Shown: positions 48,400 through 58,657 of the stretch, piece by piece
Numbering within the stretch: the first letter of the stretch is position 1
How the letters are laid out: every line of letters starts with the position of its first letter
Assembly (NCBI GenBank): GCA_964627765.1
Contig: CAZVKO010000067.1
Coordinates: forward strand, 21,649 to 85,648
DNA from: an uncultured Ginsengibacter sp.
GTDB taxonomy: Bacteria; Bacteroidota; Bacteroidia; Chitinophagales; Chitinophagaceae
Direction of reading: 5' to 3'
DNA length: 64,000 nucleotides
The notes under the pieces: generated by a model
Told to the model about the DNA's origin: nothing
The model's input: only the letters and a program-made list of their open reading frames with translations
The model's database searches: none
Made by a program: the position numbers and the translations under genes

Positions 48400-51300
48400 T
48401 TACTGTACTTTCACAGACTGCTTGTTCTGCATCAGTACTTTTTTGTAATCTTTCGGAAATACTTTTATGAAATTCTTTAATTGATTTTCGAAATCGTTCA
48501 GAATAAATTTAGCCACTGTGCTGCTGGTATACTGCTGGTGTTTACTGATCATTTCATACAAAAATTTTTCGTCTTCTTCATCAATGGCATCAAGATCTAC
48601 CATTTCAATATTGCAAAGGGAAGCGAAATTGTTTTGAACATTATACACATAGGCAATGCCGCCACTCATTCCCGCTGCAAAGTTTCTCCCTGTTTCGCCA
48701 AGAATAATGGCATTACCGCCGGTCATGTATTCACATCCATGATCCCCCACTCCTTCTGCCACAACATTGGCGCCTGAATTACGAACGCAGAACCGCTCGC
48801 CTGCTTTGCCTCTTATAAAAGCTTCGCCTGACGTAGCGCCGTAGAAGGCAACGTTGCCAATTATAATATTTTTTTCAGCTATAAAGCCAGCATCAGCCGG
48901 AGGATAAATGATCAGTCTCGCCCCGCTGAGACCTTTGCCAAAATAGTCATTGGCATCGCCTTCTAATTCCAATGTCACCCCATGAGTATTGAAGGCGGCA
49001 AAGCTCTGTCCGGCTGTACCGCTGAATTTGAAATGAATAGTATCATCAGGCAAACCTTTTGCTTTGTATCTTTTTGAGATCTCGTTGGAAAGAATTGTTC
49101 CAATAGTTCTGTCGGTATTATGAACCTTGAAATTACCGGTCACTTTTGCACCATCTGCTAAAGCCGGCTCTGCTGCCTGTAATAATTTCCAGTCTAATAC
49201 TCCGGTTAACCCATGGTCCTGCTCTTCCGATTTATATAAGCCGGTAAATTTAGAAGCGGGTTCTTTATATAAAATTGGCGACAGGTCAAGTTTGGAGTAT
49301 TTAGGATGGTCAATGTTTTCTCTTCTTTCCAGGCACTCTGCCTGGCCCACCATTTCATTAATGGTGCGGAAACCCAGCTCTGCCATTATCTCTCTCAGCT
49401 CTTCTGTAAGAAACCGGAAAAGGTTTACCACATAATCTGCATTGCCGCTAAAACGTTTGCGCAATTCAGGATCCTGCGTAGCCACCCCAACCGGGCATGT
49501 ATTTAAATGACATTTGCGCATCATAATGCAGCCCTCTGTTACCAGAGCGGCTGTTGCCACGCCCCACTCTTCTGCACCCAGTAAGGTTGCAATCGCAACA
49601 TCCCGTCCGGTCTTTAGCTGCCCGTCGGTTTGCAGCACCACGCGGCTGCGCAATTTATTTTTCACCAAAGTTTGATGTGATTCTGCAAGCCCAAGTTCCC
49701 ATGGCAAACCCGCATGCTTTATAGAACTTATGGGAGAAGCGCCTGTACCTCCATCGTGACCCGAGATAAGAATTACATCGGCTTTTGCTTTTGCAACACC
49801 CGCCGCAATAGTACCTACTCCTGCCTTTGATACCAGCTTTACATTTATGCGTGCATTTCTGTTAGCATTTTTTAAATCAAAGATCAATTGCGCCAGATCT
49901 TCTATGGAATAAATATCATGATGAGGCGGCGGCGAAATCAATCCAACGCCGGCAGTGGAATGGCGCACCCGGCCTATCCACTCATCCACCTTATGACCGG
50001 GTAACTGACCGCCTTCGCCGGGCTTTGCTCCCTGAGCCATTTTAATTTGCAATTCATCCGCTTCAGTAAGGTATTCACTGGTAACGCCAAAGCGTGCTGA
50101 AGCCACCTGCTTTATTGCACTTCGCATGGAGTCGCCATTGGGCAGCCGTTGAAACCGGATCTCGTCTTCTCCTCCTTCACCGGTATTGCTCTTACCACCC
50201 AGCCGGTTCATAGCGATAGCCAATGTAGTATGCGCTTCCCATGAAATAGAACCAAACGACATGGCTCCGGTGGCAAATCGCCTGTAAATATTTTCAGCGG
50301 GCTCCACTTCATCAATTGAAATGGCAGGGCGCGTATTTTTAAACTGAAATAAGCTTCTCAGCGTGGCCGCTTTTTCTGTTTGATCATTTATCAGCTTTGA
50401 ATATTTTTTAAAAACAGAATAATCATTCATTCTTGTTGAATACTGCAACAAATGAATCGTTTGCGGATTGAATAAATGAAATTCACCTTTGCGCTTCCAT
50501 TGATAGATTCCTCCGGCCGTCAACCTGTCAACCGGAATACTTTTTCTTCCGAAAGAAAAGAAGTGCTTGGTGAGTGTTTCACGGGCAATTTCATCAAGGC
50601 CCATACCTTCTATCCTCGATGTAGCGCCTGTAAAATATTTATCGATAACCGATTTATTAATTCCTATAATTTCAAAAATCTGTGCGCCCTGGTATGACTG
50701 CAAAGTGGAAATGCCCATTTTTGAAAACACTTTGAGCAGGCCTTCATTCACGGCTTTTACATAATTCTTCACCAAAGCATTTGCATCAAGATCGGTTTGC
50801 AGCTGTTCTGAAAGCTTCATGTCGCGAATCGTAGATAAAGCGAGATAGGGATTGATGGCAGTAGCGCCAAAGCCTATCAGGCAGGCGAAATGATGAACTT
50901 CCCAAACGTCGCCTGCTTCCACAACCAGCCCTACCTGTCCGCGAAGTCCTTTCCTGATCAAATGATGATGCACTGCAGATACGGCCAGTAAGGATGGTAT
51001 GGCAGCATGTTCTGAATCTATAGCCCTGTCGGATAAAACCAATACTTCAAAGCCATCCATCACTGCATCTACCGCATACCGGCATAATCTCTCAATGCCA
51101 CGTTGCAATGATCCGGGCTTGCCATCAGCCATGAAATAAGTCTGTAATGTTTTTGCCTGGAAGATGCCGGTATCAATGCTCCTGATTTTTTCCAGGTCAT
51201 GATTGGATAATACCGGGTGCTTCAATGCAACACAGTGACAGGAAAGAGGGTCTTCCTGCAGTAAGCTTCCGTTGTTACCGACAAATGTGGCCAAAGACAT

Positions 51301-52911
51301 TACTAATCTTTCCCTGATAGGGTCAATAGGCGGATTGGTAACCTGGGCAAACAGTTGTTTAAAATAACTGCTCAAATGCTGGGGTTCATCGCTGAGAACG
51401 GCCAGGGGAACATCACTGCCCATCGAACCCACAGGTTCTTTGCCGGTAAGAGCCATCGGGGCAACGATCATCTCCAAATCTTCGGTTGTATATCCGAATG
51501 CCTTCTGGTATTTGAAAACCTGCTGATGCTCCAAATGAGTGAACATCACTCTCGGATCAGGCAATTCTTCCAGCCTTATTTTGTACTTATTGAGCCATTC
51601 GCTATACGGCCGCTGTGAGCAAATCCTGTGTTTAATTTCCGTATCACTGATGATCCTTCCTTCTTCCAGGTCTACTACAAACATTTTTCCCGCCTGTAGT
51701 CTTCCTTTCTCTTTAATCATTTTCGGATCCACCGGAAGCACACCGGCTTCAGATGCCATAATCACGCGGTCATCGTTGGTTACGCAGTACCGTGAAGGCC
51801 GCAAGCCATTTCTATCCAGTGTGGCGCCAATTATTTTGCCATTGGTAAATGAAATAGATGCCGGGCCGTCCCATGGCTCCATAAACGAAGCATGAAATTC
51901 ATAAAATGCTTTTTTTACCGGGTCCATCTGATCATTTCCATCCCAGGCCTCGGGAATAAGCATCATCATTACATGAGGTAAGGAACGGCCGCTGAGTGTA
52001 AGCAATTCAATCATATTGTCCAGGCTGCCGGAATCAGACTGGCCTTCCTCTACCACGGGCAAAATCATTTCGAGCTCTTCTTTTGTAAAATATTCTGAAA
52101 CGAAACCCTTCTCGCTCGTGCGCAGCCAGTTAAGATTTCCCTGTAGCGTGTTAATTTCTCCGTTATGCGCTATATAACGAAAAGGCTGTGCCAGTTTCCA
52201 GGATGGAAAAGTATTGGTTGCAAAACGGGAATGGATTAATCCAAAGGCAGAAACAATTTTTTTATTGCTCAGGTCGGGAAAGTATTGGCGAACCTGGAGG
52301 CTCGTAAGCTGCCCTTTATAAATTACGGTTTTATAGGAAAGAGAGGCAACATAAAATCCGATAGCGTCTTTCCTCACCGTATTATTTATTGTTTGAGAAG
52401 CATAGTTTCTCAACACAAATAATTTTCTTTCAAAATCATCGGGGTTGGCAAGGTGATCGGGACATGCAATGAAGACCTGTTCCATCTCCGGCTCCACAGA
52501 AAGTGCAGTAGGGCCTATACCATCTGTATTTACAGGCACCCTGCGATAACCCATCACCTCAAGCCCCAGTGTTTCTGCAGAACGATTGAATATATCGCGG
52601 CATTCTTCCCGCAGGCGTATTTCTTTCGGGAAAAACAAAACCCCCACGCCATATTTGCCATAAGGCGGCAAATGAATGCCCAGCTTTATACATTCGTCAA
52701 AGAAAAATTCATGGGGCATCTGGATGAGGATGCCGGCGCCATCACCGGTATTATTTTCACAGCCGCAGGCGCCGCGGTGTTCCATGTTTTCCAAAATGGT
52801 CAGCGCATCGGAAATTATCTGGTGGCTCTTATTATTTTTAATGTTCGCCACGAAACCAATTCCACATGCATCGCGTTCAAACTCCGACCTGTATAAACCT
52901 GTATGGGCCAT
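48400..52911 (-). CDS. gltB: glutamate synthase large subunit
   Basis: 1503 aa with N-terminal ...[11 protein letters not shown] (Ntn amidotransferase Cys). The FMN/Fe-S central domain and the GXGXG C-terminal domain patterns are both present. Confidence 0.95.
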   Translation of the reverse strand: MAHTGLYRSEFERDACGIGFVANIKNNKSHQIISDALTILENMEHRGACGCENNTGDGAGILIQMPHEFFFDECIKLGIHLPPYGKYGVGVLFFPKEIRLREECRDIFNRSAETLGLEVMGYRRVPVNTDGIGPTALSVEPEMEQVFIACPDHLANPDDFERKLFVLRNYASQTINNTVRKDAIGFYVASLSYKTVIYKGQLTSLQVRQYFPDLSNKKIVSAFGLIHSRFATNTFPSWKLAQPFRYIAHNGEINTLQGNLNWLRTSEKGFVSEYFTKEELEMILPVVEEGQSDSGSLDNMIELLTLSGRSLPHVMMMLIPEAWDGNDQMDPVKKAFYEFHASFMEPWDGPASISFTNGKIIGATLDRNGLRPSRYCVTNDDRVIMASEAGVLPVDPKMIKEKGRLQAGKMFVVDLEEGRIISDTEIKHRICSQRPYSEWLNKYKIRLEELPDPRVMFTHLEHQQVFKYQKAFGYTTEDLEMIVAPMALTGKEPVGSMGSDVPLAVLSDEPQHLSSYFKQLFAQVTNPPIDPIRERLVMSLATFVGNNGSLLQEDPLSCHCVALKHPVLSNHDLEKIRSIDTGIFQAKTLQTYFMADGKPGSLQRGIERLCRYAVDAVMDGFEVLVLSDRAIDSEHAAIPSLLAVSAVHHHLIRKGLRGQVGLVVEAGDVWEVHHFACLIGFGATAINPYLALSTIRDMKLSEQLQTDLDANALVKNYVKAVNEGLLKVFSKMGISTLQSYQGAQIFEIIGINKSVIDKYFTGATSRIEGMGLDEIARETLTKHFFSFGRKSIPVDRLTAGGIYQWKRKGEFHLFNPQTIHLLQYSTRMNDYSVFKKYSKLINDQTEKAATLRSLFQFKNTRPAISIDEVEPAENIYRRFATGAMSFGSISWEAHTTLAIAMNRLGGKSNTGEGGEDEIRFQRLPNGDSMRSAIKQVASARFGVTSEYLTEADELQIKMAQGAKPGEGGQLPGHKVDEWIGRVRHSTAGVGLISPPPHHDIYSIEDLAQLIFDLKNANRNARINVKLVSKAGVGTIAAGVAKAKADVILISGHDGGTGASPISSIKHAGLPWELGLAESHQTLVKNKLRSRVVLQTDGQLKTGRDVAIATLLGAEEWGVATAALVTEGCIMMRKCHLNTCPVGVATQDPELRKRFSGNADYVVNLFRFLTEELREIMAELGFRTINEMVGQAECLERRENIDHPKYSKLDLSPILYKEPASKFTGLYKSEEQDHGLTGVLDWKLLQAAEPALADGAKVTGNFKVHNTDRTIGTILSNEISKRYKAKGLPDDTIHFKFSGTAGQSFAAFNTHGVTLELEGDANDYFGKGLSGARLIIYPPADAGFIAEKNIIIGNVAFYGATSGEAFIRGKAGERFCVRNSGANVVAEGVGDHGCEYMTGGNAIILGETGRNFAAGMSGGIAYVYNVQNNFASLCNIEMVDLDAIDEEDEKFLYEMISKHQQYTSSTVAKFILNDFENQLKNFIKVFPKDYKKVLMQNKQSVKVQ

Positions 52912-53228
52912 ATTTACTTTTAAATATTTTAAATTGAGTGAACCGGTTTTTAAATATCGATCAAAATGTGTTTTCTGCTTTTAAATATTCTTCAGAATAA
53001 TTTTAAAAAAACCAGGAAACGGAAGCTTCCGAAATTATTCTTAACCAGCGGCTGCGTGAAAACAAAAATGGCATGATTTTACAATCGCCAAGTGGGTTAA
53101 TATTTATAAAATCCGCACTGGCAAAGGGCTTCATACGGCACATGCTACAATCGCCAAAATAATGGAAACATTCCCTTGCCTTGTCATTTAAATTTTGGTC
53201 AAAATGTGAACAATATGTTGATTACAGC

Positions 53229-54059
53229 TCAGGCAACCAGCAAGGATGTCATCGTTAGGGAACCGGCAACCAATTTATCATTAAAAAAATAAACATCTTC
53301 CTTGTTTTCCCGGAGCCCGAGGGTATACAGTAAGGGGAAATAATGATCCGGAGTGGGTACAGCAAGCTTGGTAGCAGGACTGAGATTTTGATACCCGATC
53401 AAGGCTTTGTGATCGTGTTCATTAATCTTCCTTTTAAATATTTCGTTCATTTCCGCGGCCCAGTCAAATCCGAAGTTTTCATCTATCTTATCAAAAGCAA
53501 GGAGACGGAGGTTGTGCACCATATTGCCACTACCAATGATAAGCACTCCTTTCTTTCTTAATGCCTGCAATTCTCTGGCAAGCTCATAATGATATGCTGC
53601 GCCTTTGGTATAGTCAATGCTCAATTGCAAAACGGGTATCGTGGCGTCGGGATACATTCTTCTCACAACAGTCCATGCGCCATGGTCCAAACCCCAATCA
53701 TGCGCCAGGCCTACATTTGTTGACTGCACTAATAATGCCGTCTCCCTGGCGAGAGCGGGATGGCCGGGTGCGGGGTATTGCACTTCATACAAGGCCCTGG
53801 GAAAACCACCGAAGTCATGAATGGTTTCAGGAAAATCCATTGCTGTAATCTTTGTACCTGCAGTTAACCAATGAGCAGATACCACAAGTATTACCTGCGG
53901 CAGGGGAATCATTTTTGACACGCCTGCCCAGGTATCACTGAATTCATTATGCTCAATACCATTCATGGGCGAACCATGACCTATAAATAAAGCAGGCATC
54001 CATTGATCCTGCTTTTTCAAATCATCAGAAAATTTTTTCAAATCTGCCAGGGTCATCAT
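53229..54059 (-). CDS. LigB-family extradiol dioxygenase (4,5-DOPA dioxygenase / YgiD-like)
   Basis: MPALFIGHGSPMN, VSAHW, and GSGNMVHNL. Confidence 0.85.
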   Translation of the reverse strand: MMTLADLKKFSDDLKKQDQWMPALFIGHGSPMNGIEHNEFSDTWAGVSKMIPLPQVILVVSAHWLTAGTKITAMDFPETIHDFGGFPRALYEVQYPAPGHPALARETALLVQSTNVGLAHDWGLDHGAWTVVRRMYPDATIPVLQLSIDYTKGAAYHYELARELQALRKKGVLIIGSGNMVHNLRLLAFDKIDENFGFDWAAEMNEIFKRKINEHDHKALIGYQNLSPATKLAVPTPDHYFPLLYTLGLRENKEDVYFFNDKLVAGSLTMTSLLVA

Positions 54060-54064
54060 GATAT

Positions 54065-54541
54065 TTATACCTGAAGTTTAGATGAAGTTATTATATCATT
54101 TTTTACAATAGCTGAATCAACGCTTGCTTTACCACCACCCGCAATCAGGTTTATCAATGCCAGCCCCAGCACTAAAATGAAAAACTCAAAACCTTCTCCC
54201 TTACCGGCCTGCATACCCCAGTTCATAAAAAATCCATTATTAATATGCACGGTAAATAATACACCGAGAAAATTCAGCAATATTCCCAACGCTGCAATAC
54301 GGGTAAGAAATCCGAAGATTAATAAGAGAGAGCCAAAAAACTCGATAAGAATAACTAATAATCCAATGATCCATGGAAGGTGAATGGCACCGGTGAGGAA
54401 GCCCATTGTTCCGCTGAATCCATAGCCACCAAACCATCCGAGTAACTTTTGCGCACCGTGTGGGAAAATGGTAATGCCGACGGCCAGTCTTGATATAAGG
54501 GCGGGCCAATTATTGCTGTTTGTGGCAATTAATTTTTTCAT
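54065..54541 (-). CDS. DoxX family membrane protein
   Basis: LISRLAVGITIFPHGAQKLLGWFGGYG is the typical DoxX N-terminus. The protein has 4 TM segments. Confidence 0.85.
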   Translation of the reverse strand: MKKLIATNSNNWPALISRLAVGITIFPHGAQKLLGWFGGYGFSGTMGFLTGAIHLPWIIGLLVILIEFFGSLLLIFGFLTRIAALGILLNFLGVLFTVHINNGFFMNWGMQAGKGEGFEFFILVLGLALINLIAGGGKASVDSAIVKNDIITSSKLQV

Positions 54542-54574
54542 TGCTAATGAGTGTGATTAAAATTTTAAGAGATA

Positions 54575-55201
54575 TTATTGCAGGAGAAAAAGTTTTTCTT
54601 TTTCTCTTCTCACTTTTGGAAGATTCACCAGCCAGTCTTTTTCATGCTCACGATATCCAAGCGGCAGAAGCGTCAGGCTTTTCAGGCCCTTTTCTTTCAG
54701 GTGTAATAATTCGTCCAGCGCATTATTATTAAAGCCTTCCATGGGTGTGGCGTCTACATGCAATTCCGCTGCAGCAGCAATGCCTGTAGCAAAGGCAATA
54801 TAGGTCTGCCTCGCAGCCCATTCAAAGTTTTCTTCATCTGACCTGGTGGTGCCTTTGATTATTTTATTTCTGAAATCTTCGAGAGATTCTATCGGTTTAT
54901 TCCTCGTTTTTGCAACGAGCTGAATATACTCGTCTATACGCTCCGGTGTTATCCTGTCCCAGGCAGCAAAGACCAATACGTGTGAAGCATCCACTACCTG
55001 GTGCTGGTTATTTGCTATGGGCAACATTTTTTGTTTTAGCTCAGGATCGGTAATTACTAATACCGAATAAGGCTGCAGCCCCACAGATGAAGGGGCCAGC
55101 TGAATAGCCTGTAAAATCTTTTCAATTTTTTCTCCGGGAACTTTTTTACCATTCATTTTTTTGGTTGCATACCGCCATTCCAATGCATTTAATAATTCCA
55201 T
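54575..55201 (-). CDS. NAD(P)H nitroreductase family oxidoreductase
   Basis: LEWRYATKKM...LQAIQLAPSSVGLQPY is typical of the nitroreductase fold. Confidence 0.85.
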   Translation of the reverse strand: MELLNALEWRYATKKMNGKKVPGEKIEKILQAIQLAPSSVGLQPYSVLVITDPELKQKMLPIANNQHQVVDASHVLVFAAWDRITPERIDEYIQLVAKTRNKPIESLEDFRNKIIKGTTRSDEENFEWAARQTYIAFATGIAAAAELHVDATPMEGFNNNALDELLHLKEKGLKSLTLLPLGYREHEKDWLVNLPKVRREKEKLFLLQ

Positions 55202-55452
55202 AGTTCAAATTTTTAAGACAAAATTATTACGACTACACCCCTGTGCCCGTTGAGGTGAGATAAGAAATTATATTGATATAAGTCAACATTTTTATTACCC
55301 GGGCTTTTTCTGAAAAAATAATTGCAAAAACACTTTTACTGAAAGGCCCGATAGCAAAGAGTTTAGATACATTTTCAATGAAAAAAAGAAAATTATATCC
55401 TTAATTGAATTTTTTGTTGAAAATTATTTTCAGTTTTTTGACTACTATATCC

Positions 55453-55460
55453 TACTTTTG
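55453..55460 (+). promoter_or_regulatory. candidate Bacteroidota -7 promoter box (TAnnTTTG) for the cys operon
   Basis: TACTTTTG at 55453-55460, with TTG elements 23-26 nt upstream. It overlaps the CTACT-N5-AGTAG inverted repeat. Confidence 0.35.
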
Positions 55461-55607
55461 TAGTAGACTAATAGAAAAAAGTTATGAATTCGTTTTATTT
55501 ATCGTTGTATATGTGTTTCAATACTTATTCTGAATGCTCTGGCTGCTGAGCCCGGATTCGTAACATACATTTACTTTTCAACACATTACAGATTTCACAT
55601 CGCCAAC

Positions 55608-56351
55608 ATGGCTCAATCGTTAAAAGACAAAATATCATTAATAGAAAAGGCTGCAGGCTCAACGAGCCTTGATGAAGCATTGTCCTTATTGACAAAACAA
55701 TTTCCGGGCAGAGTCATATTCTCCACCAGCTTTAGCTTTGAAGACCAGGCGATATCCCATATCATATTAAGTAACGAATTGCCGGTAAAGATTTTTACAC
55801 TCGATACCGGCCGGCTGTTCCCGGAAACTTATTCGGTTTGGAGGTCTACCAACGAGAAATATAACACACGTGTTCAGGCTTATTATCCTGATGCAATAAT
55901 GCTTGAAAATTTTGTGTCGCAAAAAGGCCCCAATTCATTTTACGAATCTGTTGATAACAGGAAAGAATGTTGCCATATCCGTAAAGTGGTTCCTTTAAAG
56001 AGAGCTTTGCTGGGTAATGAAGTTTGGATTACCGGCCTTCGTGCAGAACATTCGGCCGACAGGCACGACATGCCCCGGGTAGAATGGGATGAAACAAACT
56101 CTATAATAAAATATCATCCGCTCCTGCACTGGACTACAGGGGAAGTAAAGCAGTTTATCAATAAAAATAATATCCCTTACAATCCTTTACATGATAAAGG
56201 TTTTGTAAGTATTGGATGCGCACCGTGTACGCGGGCGATCAGGCCAGGTGAGGATTTCCGGGCCGGTCGCTGGTGGTGGGAAGATAACAGTAAAAAAGAA
56301 TGCGGTCTTCATGTACACCAGCAGGCACGCGCAGACGAAATTAAAATATAA
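55608..56351 (+). CDS. cysH: assimilatory adenylylsulfate (APS)/PAPS reductase; the Cys pattern indicates the Fe-S, APS-type enzyme
   Basis: Contains KECCHIRKV (CC pair), GCAPCTRAI (CxxC) and a C-terminal KKECGLH catalytic motif. Confidence 0.9.
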   Translation: MAQSLKDKISLIEKAAGSTSLDEALSLLTKQFPGRVIFSTSFSFEDQAISHIILSNELPVKIFTLDTGRLFPETYSVWRSTNEKYNTRVQAYYPDAIMLENFVSQKGPNSFYESVDNRKECCHIRKVVPLKRALLGNEVWITGLRAEHSADRHDMPRVEWDETNSIIKYHPLLHWTTGEVKQFINKNNIPYNPLHDKGFVSIGCAPCTRAIRPGEDFRAGRWWWEDNSKKECGLHVHQQARADEIKI

Positions 56352-56352
56352 C

Positions 56353-57261
56353 ATGAGCAGGTATCATTTGGATTATTTAGAGCAGTTGGAATCGGAGGCT
56401 ATCCACATTATGCGTGAGGTGGCGGGGCAGTTTGAGCGGCCGGGTTTGCTATTTTCCGGTGGCAAGGATTCTATTACACTTGTTCATCTTGCATTAAAAG
56501 CTTTTCGTCCCGGCAAATTTCCATTTCCGCTGGTTCACATTGACACGGGGCACAATTTCCCGGAGGCGCTTCGGTTTCGTGATGATTTAGTAAAAAAGAT
56601 AGGCGAAAGATTAATAGTCGGAAGTGTGGAACAAACGATCAAAGAAAAAAATCTTACCGAGCCCAAAGGAAAATTTCCCAGCCGCAATGCGCTGCAAACC
56701 TATACCCTCCTTGATATCATTGAAGAATACAGGTTTGATGCATTGATTGGGGGCGCAAGAAGGGACGAAGAAAAGGCAAGAGCGAAAGAAAGGATCTTTT
56801 CAGTACGCGATGAATTTGGCCAGTGGGATCCGAAGTTGCAGCGGCCCGAGTTGTGGAACATTTACAACGGCAAGATTCATAAAGGAGAAAATGTCCGCGT
56901 TTTCCCGATCAGCAACTGGACGGAACTGGATATCTGGAATTATATTAAACGGGAAAATATTGCATTGCCTTCCATTTATTTTGCTCATGAAAGAGAAGTG
57001 ATCGAACACCAGGGACAACTGGTAGCGGTATCAGAATTTACAAAACCGGACCCTACCGATGTGGTATCAATAAAAAAAGTGCGCTACCGTACCGTGGGTG
57101 ACATGACCTGTACTGCAGCAGTAGAATCCACTGCGTCAGTTTTGGATGATATTATTAAAGAAATCATTGCTACCAATACCAGCGAGAGAGGTGAAACAAG
57201 AATTGACGATAAAGTATCAGAAGCGGCGATGGAAGACAGGAAAAAGACAGGATATTTTTAG
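56353..57261 (+). CDS. cysD: sulfate adenylyltransferase subunit 2
   Basis: MSRYHLDYLEQLESEAIHIMREV... and the FSGGKDS PP-loop. The track ORF start (56212) overlaps cysH, so the ATG at 56353 is preferred. Confidence 0.92.
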   Translation: MSRYHLDYLEQLESEAIHIMREVAGQFERPGLLFSGGKDSITLVHLALKAFRPGKFPFPLVHIDTGHNFPEALRFRDDLVKKIGERLIVGSVEQTIKEKNLTEPKGKFPSRNALQTYTLLDIIEEYRFDALIGGARRDEEKARAKERIFSVRDEFGQWDPKLQRPELWNIYNGKIHKGENVRVFPISNWTELDIWNYIKRENIALPSIYFAHEREVIEHQGQLVAVSEFTKPDPTDVVSIKKVRYRTVGDMTCTAAVESTASVLDDIIKEIIATNTSERGETRIDDKVSEAAMEDRKKTGYF

Positions 57262-57375
57262 GAGCCTCCCTAAATCCCTCCAAAGGAGGGACTTTGGCAA
57301 GAGGTTTTATTATAAACAAATAACTTCTAAATTTTAAAAGCAACATCCTCCTCTTCGGGGAGGGTAGTAGAGGCC

Positions 57376-58617
57376 ATGGACATCTTAAGATTTATAACGG
57401 CAGGCAGTGTTGACGATGGCAAAAGCACATTGATCGGGAGATTATTGTACGATAGTAAGTCAATACTCGCAGATCAGCTGGCTGCTATTGAAAAGCAAAG
57501 TAAAAATAAAAATGCCGGTGAAATAGACCTTGCATTACTCACTGACGGGCTTCGTGCAGAACGGGAGCAGGGAATTACCATTGATGTTGCCTATAAATAT
57601 TTTTCCACCCCGGAGAGAAAATTCATAATCGCTGATGCACCCGGTCATATTCAATATACACGCAACATGGTTACAGGCGCTTCCAACGCCCAGCTGGCCA
57701 TCATTTTGGTAGATGCGAGAAATGGTGTGGTGGAGCAGACCCGGCGTCATTCTGCAATTGCCTCATTGCTCAACATCCCGCATATTGTGGTTGCCATTAA
57801 TAAAATGGATCTGGTAAACAATTCACAGGATATATATAACAACATTGTGATAGACTATCAACAGGTAGCCTCGTTACTTGGATTAAAAGATGTTAAGTAT
57901 ATCCCTATCAGCGCTCTCCGCGGAGACAACATTGTTGATAAATCAAAAAGTTATCCCTGGTACGACGGCGACCCGTTGCTGCATTACCTGGAAAATATAG
58001 AGCTTGATTCAGATGTAAATCTGACCGACGGAAGATTTTCCGTGCAATATGTCGTTCGCCCTCAAACTGACGAGTTACACGATTATAGAGGGTATGCAGG
58101 AAAAGTCATCAGTGGCATTTATAAAAAGGGGGATGCGGTAGTGGTCCTGCCTTCCGGTGTTGAAACAAAAATAAAGGCCATTGAAATGAACGGTGTTGAA
58201 ACAGGTGAAGCATTTGCCCAGCAAAGCGTAATCCTGCATCTTGAAGATGATATTGATGTAAGCCGCGGGGATATGATCGTGCCGGCAAATAATCAGCCGG
58301 CCCTTTCCAATGAATTGGATGCCATGCTGTGCTGGATGGATCACAAGCCGCTCAAGCCGGGCAATAAGTATTTATTACAAATCAACAGCCGGCTGGTAAA
58401 ATGTATAGTGAAGGAAATTGAATATAAGCTTGAAGTAAACTCTTTAACCCGGGCCGGCACTCCCGAAAAAGCAGTGCTGAATGATATTGTACGTGTAAAA
58501 ATAAAAACTGCTTCGCCTGTAGCGTTTGATTCATATAAAAGGTTAAGGCAAAACGGGGGGGCTGTTTTAATAGATGAAACAAGCTGCGTTACCGTGGGCG
58601 CATGCATGATTGAATAA
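57376..58617 (+). CDS. cysN: sulfate adenylyltransferase subunit 1 (GTPase), with no fused APS kinase domain
   Basis: GSVDDGKST, DAPGH and NKMD GTPase motifs. The 413-aa length leaves no room for a CysC domain. Confidence 0.92.
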   Translation: MDILRFITAGSVDDGKSTLIGRLLYDSKSILADQLAAIEKQSKNKNAGEIDLALLTDGLRAEREQGITIDVAYKYFSTPERKFIIADAPGHIQYTRNMVTGASNAQLAIILVDARNGVVEQTRRHSAIASLLNIPHIVVAINKMDLVNNSQDIYNNIVIDYQQVASLLGLKDVKYIPISALRGDNIVDKSKSYPWYDGDPLLHYLENIELDSDVNLTDGRFSVQYVVRPQTDELHDYRGYAGKVISGIYKKGDAVVVLPSGVETKIKAIEMNGVETGEAFAQQSVILHLEDDIDVSRGDMIVPANNQPALSNELDAMLCWMDHKPLKPGNKYLLQINSRLVKCIVKEIEYKLEVNSLTRAGTPEKAVLNDIVRVKIKTASPVAFDSYKRLRQNGGAVLIDETSCVTVGACMIE

Positions 58618-58657
58618 TTTTTTTAATTATATACTCTACTCAAAAAGTAGACTAATA

